Shown: in pieces, positions 41,024-50,104 of the stretch
Position numbering within the stretch: the stretch's first letter is position 1
Layout: the number at the start of each line of letters is the position of its first letter
Origin: Escherichia coli
GTDB taxonomy: Bacteria > Pseudomonadota > Gammaproteobacteria > Enterobacterales > Enterobacteriaceae
Assembly (NCBI RefSeq): GCF_024700885.2
Contig: NZ_CP117016.1
Strand: one strand, 5' to 3'
Length of the DNA stretch: 64,000 nt
Program-made: the position numbers and the translations under genes
The notes under the pieces: model-generated
What the model was told of the DNA's origin: nothing
What the model saw: only the letters and a program-made list of their open reading frames with translations
Database searches by the model: none

Positions 41024-43455
41024 TCCAGCCCCATCGCCCGCAAATGCTCGGCCACTTTCTCGCTCAACGCCTCAACGGAGGCTTCAAGCGCTAGCAACGG
41101 TTCAGCATAACGCTCTTCCAGCTCCTTTACGCGCGACGCCAGTTGCTGGGTAATACGCTCAATCTCCGCCTTGATCCCTGCCTGCAACGTTGCCAGCCAC
41201 TTATCCTGCACTACCAGCGTTTTAATCGCTGCTTCATCCAGCGTGGGATAATGTTTAAACACCGCCCGATCCAGCGCTTCTTGTGCGGCTTTCAGCGCTT
41301 TTTTCGCACTGGCTTCGGCCTTAATTAGCGCCAGGCAGCGGTTCAGCACTGCCAGCTCATCTGGGCCGGCAGTGGTTTTCTTTAACTGTGCTAGACGGGC
41401 ATTCACCAGCTTTTGCGTCACCTTATCTTTATCGTTCTTCGCCTCGGCCAGCAGATCCTCTTCACCTGCCTGCTCCTCGATGAATTCCACTAGCTGACGA
41501 CTGGCTTCTTCACTGCGCTCCTGCGCGCGGTTCAGCGCATCCAGCAGTTCCGGGAAACAGCGAATTTCCACCAGCGAACGGGGCAGCACATCGGCCTTGT
41601 AGCGCCGTTTGGTAAACTCGAAATCGTGCGTTTCTTTCCAGATGTTTTTGCCATCTTTGCCTTTCACCGGCTGAAGCTCGCGGATTTGCGCGGCGGCTTG
41701 CCAGCCATCCTGCATAATCGCATACACATCGTCTTGCATGACATCAGTCCAGTAATCCATCAGGATCTGGTACACGCTGTATTTGTTCAGCAACTCACTG
41801 TTGGCGTACTGCGCCAATAGCATTTCGCTGATATCGTGGATTAGCGCTTTGGGTTTATCACCTTTGCGAATCTCTTCCAGACTTGCCTCTTTCACCCACG
41901 CTTTAAACGGTAGCAGGCTGCGGGTGGCAAAATCCTTAAACTCCTGATGCGCCAGAATGGTCGGTTTCACCTGTTGCGCGTTCACCTGCGCCCGACAGTA
42001 ACCGGGACGGTCGTCAGCAAACAGCACGTTGCGCAGGGCAGGGAATACCCGCCAGTAATCTTGCAAAGCATCCACATCGCGTGCCGGAATACCGCCCTGT
42101 AAGTGCGCGGTCAGATCGTGTAAATCTTCCGGCTCGCCGCTCTCGATATAGCGAGGAATATTCAGGTTGTAATCATTTCCGGCGATCTCGCTGGAGGGCA
42201 CCATCCGGCTGTAGCCAGGTACCGTTCGCTGATGGTTGAACACGTCCACAATGCGGTGAATATCTCGGCTACGCAGGCGGTTCTTGTTGCCATCTTTGAT
42301 AAAGCCCCGGCTGGCGTCGATCATAAAAATGCCTTTGCGGCTGTGGGCGTGCTCTTTATCAATCACAATGATGCACGCCGGGATGCCGGTGCCGTAAAAC
42401 AGGTTGGCTGGCAAACCAATAACGCCTTTGATATAGCCCTGCTTGATTAGATTTTCACGGATATTCGCTTCGGCGTTACCGCGAAACAGTACGCCGTGGG
42501 GCAGGATCACCGCGCCTTTGCCGGTACTTTTCAGGCTTTTAATGATATGCAACAAAAAAGCATAATCGCCGTTTTTTTCCGGCGGAATACCCCAGCCGAA
42601 GCGTTCAAACGGATCTTTTTTCGGCGTCAGCCCGTTGGTCCAGTTTTTATTGGAAAAAGGCGGGTTCGCCACGGCAAAATCGAAGGCTTTCAGTTTGCCG
42701 TTCGCCTCTTTCCACTGCGGATCGCTCAGCGTATTGCCCTGCCAGATTTTCGCGGTGGCATTGTTATGCAGAATCATGTTCATCCGCGCCAGCGCACTGG
42801 TAGCGTTATCCATCTCCTGGCCGAAAATCGACAGTCCGCGCCGGGCTTCATCATTCACTTTCAACAGCAGCGAACCAGAGCCACAGGTTGGGTCATAAAC
42901 CGTTGCATCTTGCGGAGTATCGGGAGTAATACCAATCACCTTCGCCAGAATACGTGACACCTCCGCTGGAGTGTAAAACTGCCCTTTACTCTTACCGGAT
43001 TCGGTTGCGAAGTGACGCATCAGATATTCATAGGCATCGCCCAGCAGATCGTCGCCTTCGGCCCGGTTGCTGGAGAGATTTAACCCTTCAAAGATACCGA
43101 CAAGCTTGCTCAGGCGGTCAATCATTTCCTTGCCTTTGCCGAGCTTATCTTCGTCGTTAAAGTCGGCTTCGTCGATGACGCCCTTCAGGCCGTTCTCTTC
43201 CGCCAGCTTGTGGATGATTTTGTTGATTTTGTCGCCGATCTCTTTGTCATTTTTCAGCGCAACCATATCGTCAAAGCTGGCTCCTTTGGGTATCACGATC
43301 ATCCCGTAAGGATCGCCTTTATACTTATCGGAAACGTACTTCATAAACAGCAGGGTCAGTACATAGTCTTTGTACTGGCTGGCGTCCATCCCGCCACGCA
43401 GTTCGTCGCAGCTTGCCCACAGGGAAGAATAGAGTTCGGTTTTTTTGATAGCCAT
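41017..43455 (-). CDS. hsdM: Type I restriction-modification DNA methyltransferase (HsdM) with long C-terminal coiled-coil-rich extension
   Basis: 812-aa; N6-adenine MTase motifs YDPTCGSGSLL (motif I) and VANPPFS (motif IV); C-terminal ~300 aa Ala/Glu/Lys/Leu-rich. Confidence 0.8.
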   Translation of the reverse strand: MAIKKTELYSSLWASCDELRGGMDASQYKDYVLTLLFMKYVSDKYKGDPYGMIVIPKGASFDDMVALKNDKEIGDKINKIIHKLAEENGLKGVIDEADFNDEDKLGKGKEMIDRLSKLVGIFEGLNLSSNRAEGDDLLGDAYEYLMRHFATESGKSKGQFYTPAEVSRILAKVIGITPDTPQDATVYDPTCGSGSLLLKVNDEARRGLSIFGQEMDNATSALARMNMILHNNATAKIWQGNTLSDPQWKEANGKLKAFDFAVANPPFSNKNWTNGLTPKKDPFERFGWGIPPEKNGDYAFLLHIIKSLKSTGKGAVILPHGVLFRGNAEANIRENLIKQGYIKGVIGLPANLFYGTGIPACIIVIDKEHAHSRKGIFMIDASRGFIKDGNKNRLRSRDIHRIVDVFNHQRTVPGYSRMVPSSEIAGNDYNLNIPRYIESGEPEDLHDLTAHLQGGIPARDVDALQDYWRVFPALRNVLFADDRPGYCRAQVNAQQVKPTILAHQEFKDFATRSLLPFKAWVKEASLEEIRKGDKPKALIHDISEMLLAQYANSELLNKYSVYQILMDYWTDVMQDDVYAIMQDGWQAAAQIRELQPVKGKDGKNIWKETHDFEFTKRRYKADVLPRSLVEIRCFPELLDALNRAQERSEEASRQLVEFIEEQAGEEDLLAEAKNDKDKVTQKLVNARLAQLKKTTAGPDELAVLNRCLALIKAEASAKKALKAAQEALDRAVFKHYPTLDEAAIKTLVVQDKWLATLQAGIKAEIERITQQLASRVKELEERYAEPLLALEASVEALSEKVAEHLRAMGLEW

Positions 43456-43494
43456 TAAATATCTCGTTTTGCGCGATAATGTGCCGTAAGTCGG

Positions 43495-43800
43495 TTACAG
43501 CAGATCGGTATTCAGACCGGCGGCCTTTAACCGATGGGTTAAGTTACGCATTTTGCTGAATTCGGTACCGAGGCTCTGGTTCAGACCAGTGCCTTCGCAA
43601 AAGGCTTTTGCCGTAATGTGTTCCAGTTTGTCGGCATATTTAATCATTTGCAGGTGCAGCTCGACGGTGTACTGGTTACGAGGCGCACTGGAAAGTGCCT
43701 GCCGGATATGGCGATAAATCTCGTCTTCATTCATATTCATGGCAACCACTGGTATAATAGATAAGTTAGCTAAATTAGCTAAATGTGGTATCAGGTTCAA
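43495..43800 (-). CDS. Small hypothetical protein directly upstream of hsdM (possible regulator)
   Basis: 81-101 codon ORF, same strand, 40 bp upstream of hsdM; tandem TTAGCTAAA repeats just upstream of it. Confidence 0.35.
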   Translation of the reverse strand: MNLIPHLANLANLSIIPVVAMNMNEDEIYRHIRQALSSAPRNQYTVELHLQMIKYADKLEHITAKAFCEGTGLNQSLGTEFSKMRNLTHRLKAAGLNTDLL

Positions 43801-44732
43801 GAACTACAGTGGGAGTCGGATTTGACTGCGCGATTTATGCACGTAAATGCCTTGTGGCGGATTAATGGCCGCAGTATCTTCTCCTTCCGCGCCTGCAAAA
43901 TCAGGCGTCGGGATTAGCTTCCTGAAAACCGTTACAGGAGACTTCTCTATGACTACAATCCTTGTCCCTGACTGCGATTTACTCGATCTATTGTTCGTTT
44001 CCTTATAATGTCACTATGGATTTCACCGCCTTGGTCGACAACTGCGCCCACTTCGTCGAATCCCTGATAGAAACCGAGGATCCCGCGCTGTGGCTTACCC
44101 TCTGCGGGCGACATTGTACTGCTGCAACCCACGCCGACCTCATCCCGCCGCATTTTACCGAAAGCCTGCTCAGTGATACTCTCCCCACCATGCCAGATCA
44201 GGTTATTTCTGAACCTGATTCTTGTGCGAATATTGCCTCGTGCGGGCTGTGCATCATCGCCGCTCTTTGATAAGAGGCGTCAAAGGTAAGGGGCGTAGCG
44301 TTATTAGTTTGGGCTATACACTTGCGCTACAACTCTTCAAATAGCTATATATCAACAATATTTAGCCATAAACCGTCTACTTCCGTCTCAATTATACTCA
44401 AATTAAGGCATGCGGCATCTTTGTGACACATTTGTTTTTTTGATACAGGTTAGAGTTGACCTGCTCTCCGTTGATTAACTCACATTGTTGTTAACCACGT
44501 CTACTTTTAGCACGACACTGATGCGTTAACTGAGCGAATGGTCTGCTTTGAGCGAGGAACGGACATTACTAACAGCATTCTGTGTGAATCACCAGGGAGC
44601 AGGTCAGCGCCACTACTCTATATAATCGCTAACGATGACAAGTATAATTATATAAGTCTTTGCCCTTAGCTTTTGGATAAAATTGTTGAAGTTTCACGAA
44701 AATAATGATAAACAAAAACAGTAGCAATAATT

Positions 44733-45677
44733 ATGGATTTAATTATGGAATGGAGATTTTTAGGTTCTCTATCAGAGGCCAGGAAATCTGGCTGTAGCGG
44801 AGTTTATCTTATTGTCCATAAAGGACTTTTCAGTCGTGTGGTTTACGTTGGGGTAAGTTGTAATGTAGGTAGAAGGATAACCGAACATTACGACGGTTAT
44901 CTTAGAGGAAATCGAACAATTTACGACGCTGGTCACGACGAAGACGTTTATCGCTTCATGTCAGCTTATAAAATTCATAACCACACAAAATACTATCAAG
45001 CCTTGGCGAATGATTATAAGATATGGGCATCTACCACAATGTATTCTGATTTGCCGAAAAACATGCTAGCAAAAAGCCAAACCTTTGATACTGATTGGCA
45101 GAGCATTGCATTAGAAAAATATATTCCTCAACTGGTAGTATGGGCCCTTCCAATGGCAAAGTACTGTTATTCAAATGCAAGCAGGATTGAAAGTGTAATC
45201 CAATCAAAGCTCATTAAATCTTTTGATTTGAGAGGTTTTTTTAATATAAAGCAATTAAGCATATTGGGTAAAATTGAATATCCCTATATGGAAAAGGTCA
45301 AAGTTTTCATTATTAACACACCTGATTTAGACCCGGCATCCCAGCTTATTTTTAGCAATCTATATAACAAAAAAACTGATAACAACTTCTGTAAAGAGTT
45401 CCGTTCACAATTTAAAAGCGAGATTTTTCAGAGGGAAAGTGAAACTCAGAGAAAGCGAACTATCAGGGAGCATAAGGTATCTCTTTATGAAAATTATGGC
45501 AAGCCTTGGACTTTAAAGGAAATGGAAAAACTTAGAGTCATGCTTGTCGATTTTGATTTGTCCCCGATAGAAATATCTGAGTATCTAGGAAGAGAGCCGC
45601 GCTCTATATCTAAAAAAATAAGCGAAAATGATAAAGTTACTAATTATAAATGGCGAGAGAGCGTCGGCTGGTTGTGA
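44733..45677 (+). CDS. Hypothetical protein with N-terminal GIY-YIG-like nuclease motif and C-terminal HTH-like region
   Basis: 314-aa AT-rich ORF; GVY-x12-YVG-x5-GRRITEH pattern near N-terminus; C-terminal …WTLKEMEKLRVMLVDFDLSPIEISEYLGREPRSISKKI… resembles a sigma-r4/LuxR-type HTH. Confidence 0.5.
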   Translation: MDLIMEWRFLGSLSEARKSGCSGVYLIVHKGLFSRVVYVGVSCNVGRRITEHYDGYLRGNRTIYDAGHDEDVYRFMSAYKIHNHTKYYQALANDYKIWASTTMYSDLPKNMLAKSQTFDTDWQSIALEKYIPQLVVWALPMAKYCYSNASRIESVIQSKLIKSFDLRGFFNIKQLSILGKIEYPYMEKVKVFIINTPDLDPASQLIFSNLYNKKTDNNFCKEFRSQFKSEIFQRESETQRKRTIREHKVSLYENYGKPWTLKEMEKLRVMLVDFDLSPIEISEYLGREPRSISKKISENDKVTNYKWRESVGWL

Positions 45678-45892
45678 CGTTACGTTTTGATTGAAATAAC
45701 CCCCATTTTGCAAAGTCCGCTCTTGGCACAGAGCGGACTGTCAGATGAGGTTTAGTTCTGTACTAATGAGCCGATACAAATTAGCTGCATATACCTGCAT
45801 TCCAAATAATTTTAGGCAGATATTATCTCCGTGAGTCCCCCGCCACTTTTCCGGTGCGCGGGGTTTTGTCTTTTTTCACCGGGAATACATGT

Positions 45893-46765
45893 ATGAATCC
45901 GTCTGATGCCATTGAGGCAATTGAAAAACCGCTCTCCTCCCTGCCTTACTCACTTTCCCGTCACATCCAGGAACATCTGCGCAAACTCACCAGTCACGAA
46001 CCCGTGATTGGCATTATGGGTAAAAGCGGGGCCGGTAAATCCTCACTCTGTAATGCACTGTTTCAGGGGGAGGTCACCCCGGTCAGTGATGTTCACGCCG
46101 GCACCCGGGAAGTGCGGCGCTTCCGTCTGAGTGGCCACGGTCACAGCATGATTATCACTGACCTGCCCGGGGTGGGCGAGAGCCGGGACAGGGATGCAGA
46201 GTATGAAGCCCTGTACCGTGACATTCTGCCTGAACTTGACCTGGTACTGTGGCTGATTAAAGCCGATGACCGTGCCCTGTCTGTGGATGAGTATTTCTGG
46301 CGACACATACTGCACCGGGGACATCAGCAGGTGCTGTTTGTGGTGACGCAGGCCGACAAAACGGAGCCCTGCCATGAATGGGATATGGCCGGCATTCAGC
46401 CTTCTCCCGCACAGGCACAGAACATTCGGGAGAAAACGGAGGCGGTATTCCGTCTGTTCCGGCCCGTACATCCGGTTGTTGCCGTATCGGCCCGCACCGG
46501 CTGGGAACTGGATACGCTGGTCAGTGCGCTAATGACAGCACTTCCCGACCATGCCGCCAGTCCCCTGATGACCCGCCTGCAGGACGAGCTGCGCACGGAA
46601 TCTGTCCGCGCTCAGGCCCGTGAACAGTTTACCGGTGCGGTGGACCGGATATTTGACACGGCGGAGAGCGTCTGTGTTGCCTCTGTTGCCCGTACGGTTC
46701 TGCGTGCCGTCCGTGACACGGTGGTCTCTGTTGCCCGCGCTGTATGGAACTGGATTTTCTTCTGA
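45893..46765 (+). CDS. YeeP/YkfA/YfjP-family GTPase (CP4-like island protein)
   Basis: P-loop GKSGAGKSSL and G-domain motifs; immediately upstream of Ag43 as in CP4-44-like modules. Confidence 0.65.
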   Translation: MNPSDAIEAIEKPLSSLPYSLSRHIQEHLRKLTSHEPVIGIMGKSGAGKSSLCNALFQGEVTPVSDVHAGTREVRRFRLSGHGHSMIITDLPGVGESRDRDAEYEALYRDILPELDLVLWLIKADDRALSVDEYFWRHILHRGHQQVLFVVTQADKTEPCHEWDMAGIQPSPAQAQNIREKTEAVFRLFRPVHPVVAVSARTGWELDTLVSALMTALPDHAASPLMTRLQDELRTESVRAQAREQFTGAVDRIFDTAESVCVASVARTVLRAVRDTVVSVARAVWNWIFF

Positions 46766-47137
46766 ACACTCTGCCAGGGGAAATGCCTGATTACATTGCG
46801 TTAACCAACTGAAAACATGATACAAACACTCCATCCCCCTCCTGTTTCTCTTGCGTGACTGCCCTGCTGTTAATAGAATAAAACGATCGATAAAACAGGT
46901 ATCGATCGTTACCATCGATCGTTTATAGTGGTTAATGGTCTGCGAAAAGGCAGCTGAATCTCTTCATCATGCAGAACGGAATTGCACACAACGGACTGAT
47001 ACTTCTCTGGCGGATGAGAGAGGGGAAGCATTTATGTCCGGGAAAAACCACTTTATCTGACCATGCTGTTTTGTACCTGCCGGTATCCACATTTGTGGGT
47101 ACCGGCTTTTTTATTCACCCTCTGTAAGGAAAAGCTG

Positions 47138-49984
47138 ATGAAACGACATCTGAACACCAGCTACAGGCTGGTATGGAATCACATTACGGGCACCCTGGTG
47201 GTGGCTTCCGAACTGGCGCGCTCACGGGGAAAACGCACCGGTGTGGCGATTGCGCTGTCTCTTGCTGCTGTCACATCAGTTCCGGCACTGGCTGCTGACA
47301 CGGTTGTACAGGCGGGAGAAACCGTGAGCGGCGGAACACTGACAAATCATGACAACCAGATTGTTCTCGGTACGGCCAACGGAATGACCATCAGTACCGG
47401 TCTGGAGTATGGGCCGGATAACGAGGCCAATACCGGCGGGCAATGGATACAAAATGGCGGTATCGCCAACAACACTACTGTCACCGGTGGTGGTCTTCAG
47501 AGAGTGAATGCCGGAGGAAGCGTTTCAGACACGGTTATCAGTGCCGGAGGCGGACAGAGCCTTCAGGGGCAGGCAGTGAATACCACTCTGAACGGCGGTG
47601 AGCAGTGGGTACATGAAGGCGGGATTGCAACGGGTACCGTCATTAATGAGAAGGGCTGGCAGGCCGTCAAATCCGGCGCAATGGCAACCGACACGGTTGT
47701 GAATACCGGCGCGGAAGGGGGACCAGATGCAGAAAATGGTGATACCGGGCAGTTTGTTCGCGGAAATGCCGTACGTACCACCATCAATAAAAATGGTCGT
47801 CAGATTGTGGCTGTTGAAGGAACAGCAAATACCACTGTGGTTTATGCCGGCGGCGACCAGACGGTACACGGGCATGCGCTGGATACCACACTGAATGGCG
47901 GTTACCAGTATGTGCACAACGGAGGCACAGCCTCTGACACGGTTGTAAACAGTGACGGCTGGCAGATTGTCAAGGAAGGTGGTCTGGCGGATTTCACCAC
48001 CGTTAACCAGAAAGGCAAACTGCAGGTGAACGCCGGTGGTACAGCCACGAATGTCACCCTGAAACAGGGTGGAGCACTGGTCACCAGTACTGCGGCAACG
48101 GTTCTTGGCAGCAACCGTCTGGGCAATTTCACGGTGGAAAACGGTAAGGCTGACGGCGTTGTTCTGGAGTCCGGCGGTCGCCTGGATGTACTGGAAGGCC
48201 ATTCAGCGCAGAAAACACGGGTGGATGACGGCGGAACCCTGGCAGTGTCTGCCGGTGGTAAGGCAACAGATGTCACCATGACATCCGGTAGTGCCCTGAT
48301 TGCAGACAGTGGTGCCACTGTTGAGGGGACCAATGCCAGCGGTAAGTTCAGTATTGATGGCACATCCGGTCAGGCCAGCGGACTGCTGCTGGAAAATGGC
48401 GGCAGCTTTACGGTTAATGCCGGGGGACAGGCCAGCAACACCACTGTCGGACATCGTGGAACACTGATGCTGGCTGCCGGGGGAAGTCTGAGTGGCAGAA
48501 CACAGCTCAGTAAAGGCGCCAGCATGGTACTGAATGGTGATGTGGTCAGTACCGGCGATATTGTTAACGCAGGGGAGATTTACTTTGACAATCAGACAAC
48601 ACCGGATGCCGTACTGAGCCGTGCTGTTGCAAAAGGCGACTCCCCGGTAACGTTCCATAAACTGACAACCAGTAACCTCACCGGTCAGGGTGGCACCATC
48701 AATATGCGTGTTCGCCTTGATGGCAGCAATGCCTCTGACCAGCTGGTGATTAATGGTGGTCAGGCAACCGGCAAAACCTGGCTTGCGTTTACAAATGTCG
48801 GAAACAGCAACCTCGGGGTGGCAACCTCCGGACAGGGTATCCGGGTTGTGGATGCACAGAATGGCGCCACCACAGAAGAAGGTGCGTTTGCCCTGAGTCG
48901 CCCGCTTCAGGCCGGCGCCTTTAACTACACCCTGAACCGTGACAGCGATGAAGACTGGTACCTGCGCAGTGAAAATGCTTATCGTGCTGAAGTCCCCCTG
49001 TATACATCCATGCTGACACAGGCAATGGACTATGACCGGATTCTGGCAGGCTCCCGCAGCCATCAGACCGGTGTAAACGGTGAAAATAACAGCGTCCGTC
49101 TCAGCATTCAGGGCGGTCATCTCGGTCACGATAACAACGGCGGTATTGCCCGTGGAGCCACGCCGGAAAGCAGCGGCAGCTATGGCTTCGTCCGTCTGGA
49201 GGGTGACCTGCTCAGAACAGAGGTTGCCGGTATGTCTCTGACGACAGGGGTGTATGGTGCTGCAGGCCATTCTTCCGTTGATGTTAAGGATGATGACGGT
49301 TCCCGCGCCGGCACGGTCCGGGATGATGCCGGCAGCCTGGGCGGATACCTGAATCTGACACACACGTCCTCCGGCCTGTGGGCTGACATTGTGGCACAGG
49401 GAACCCGCCACAGCATGAAAGCGTCATCGGACAATAACGACTTCCGCGCCCGGGGCTGGGGCTGGCTGGGCTCACTGGAAACCGGTCTGCCCTTCAGTAT
49501 CACTGACAACCTGATGCTGGAGCCACAACTGCAGTACACCTGGCAGGGGCTCTCCCTGGATGACGGCCAGGATAACGCCGGTTATGTGAAGTTCGGGCAT
49601 GGCAGTACACAACATGTGCGTGCCGGCTTCCGTCTGGGCAGCCACAACGATATGACCTTTGGCGAAGGCACCTCATCCCGTGACACTCTGCGCGACAGTG
49701 CAAAACACCGTGTGAGTGAACTGCCGGTGAACTGGTGGGTACAGCCTTCTGTTATCCGCACTTTCAGCTCCCGGGGTGACATGAGCATGGGTACAGCCGC
49801 AGCCGGCAGTAACATGACGTTCTCACCCTCACAGAATGGCACATCACTGGACCTGCAGGCCGGACTGGAAGCCCGTGTCCGGGAAAATATCACCCTGGGC
49901 GTTCAGGCCGGTTATGCCCACAGCATCAACGGCAGCAGCGCTGAAGGTTATAGCAGTCAGGCCACGCTGAATGTGACCTTCTGA
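47138..49984 (+). CDS. flu: Antigen 43-family self-associating autotransporter adhesin
   Basis: About 949-aa; signal peptide MKRHLNTSYRLVWNHITGTLVVASELAR…, repetitive passenger, C-terminal beta-barrel ending …QATLNVTF. Confidence 0.8.
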   Translation: MKRHLNTSYRLVWNHITGTLVVASELARSRGKRTGVAIALSLAAVTSVPALAADTVVQAGETVSGGTLTNHDNQIVLGTANGMTISTGLEYGPDNEANTGGQWIQNGGIANNTTVTGGGLQRVNAGGSVSDTVISAGGGQSLQGQAVNTTLNGGEQWVHEGGIATGTVINEKGWQAVKSGAMATDTVVNTGAEGGPDAENGDTGQFVRGNAVRTTINKNGRQIVAVEGTANTTVVYAGGDQTVHGHALDTTLNGGYQYVHNGGTASDTVVNSDGWQIVKEGGLADFTTVNQKGKLQVNAGGTATNVTLKQGGALVTSTAATVLGSNRLGNFTVENGKADGVVLESGGRLDVLEGHSAQKTRVDDGGTLAVSAGGKATDVTMTSGSALIADSGATVEGTNASGKFSIDGTSGQASGLLLENGGSFTVNAGGQASNTTVGHRGTLMLAAGGSLSGRTQLSKGASMVLNGDVVSTGDIVNAGEIYFDNQTTPDAVLSRAVAKGDSPVTFHKLTTSNLTGQGGTINMRVRLDGSNASDQLVINGGQATGKTWLAFTNVGNSNLGVATSGQGIRVVDAQNGATTEEGAFALSRPLQAGAFNYTLNRDSDEDWYLRSENAYRAEVPLYTSMLTQAMDYDRILAGSRSHQTGVNGENNSVRLSIQGGHLGHDNNGGIARGATPESSGSYGFVRLEGDLLRTEVAGMSLTTGVYGAAGHSSVDVKDDDGSRAGTVRDDAGSLGGYLNLTHTSSGLWADIVAQGTRHSMKASSDNNDFRARGWGWLGSLETGLPFSITDNLMLEPQLQYTWQGLSLDDGQDNAGYVKFGHGSTQHVRAGFRLGSHNDMTFGEGTSSRDTLRDSAKHRVSELPVNWWVQPSVIRTFSSRGDMSMGTAAAGSNMTFSPSQNGTSLDLQAGLEARVRENITLGVQAGYAHSINGSSAEGYSSQATLNVTF

Positions 49985-50104
49985 TAATTCTGCATTGCCT
50001 CTCTGTGGTCCCGGTCATCATGACCGGGACCCGGACGGGGGAAAACGTTTCAGTGCCACATTCACTGGCATTCACAATAACATGATATTCATCACGGAGT
50101 GACT

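Noticed and set aside
41143-43458. Plus-strand ORFs within hsdM
   Set aside because: Same reasoning: antisense to a motif-bearing methyltransferase frame
43962-44270. 84-102 codon ORF in the spacer between the RM operon and the GIY-YIG gene
   Set aside because: Core-like codon composition but no convincing ribosome-binding site and no recognisable family; could be a gene relic
47525-49539. Long minus-strand ORFs (225, 153, 402 aa) inside the Ag43 gene
   Set aside because: Antisense frames in a GC-rich repetitive coding region; low-complexity Ala/Pro/Arg-rich translations with no start context; the plus-strand autotransporter frame explains the region
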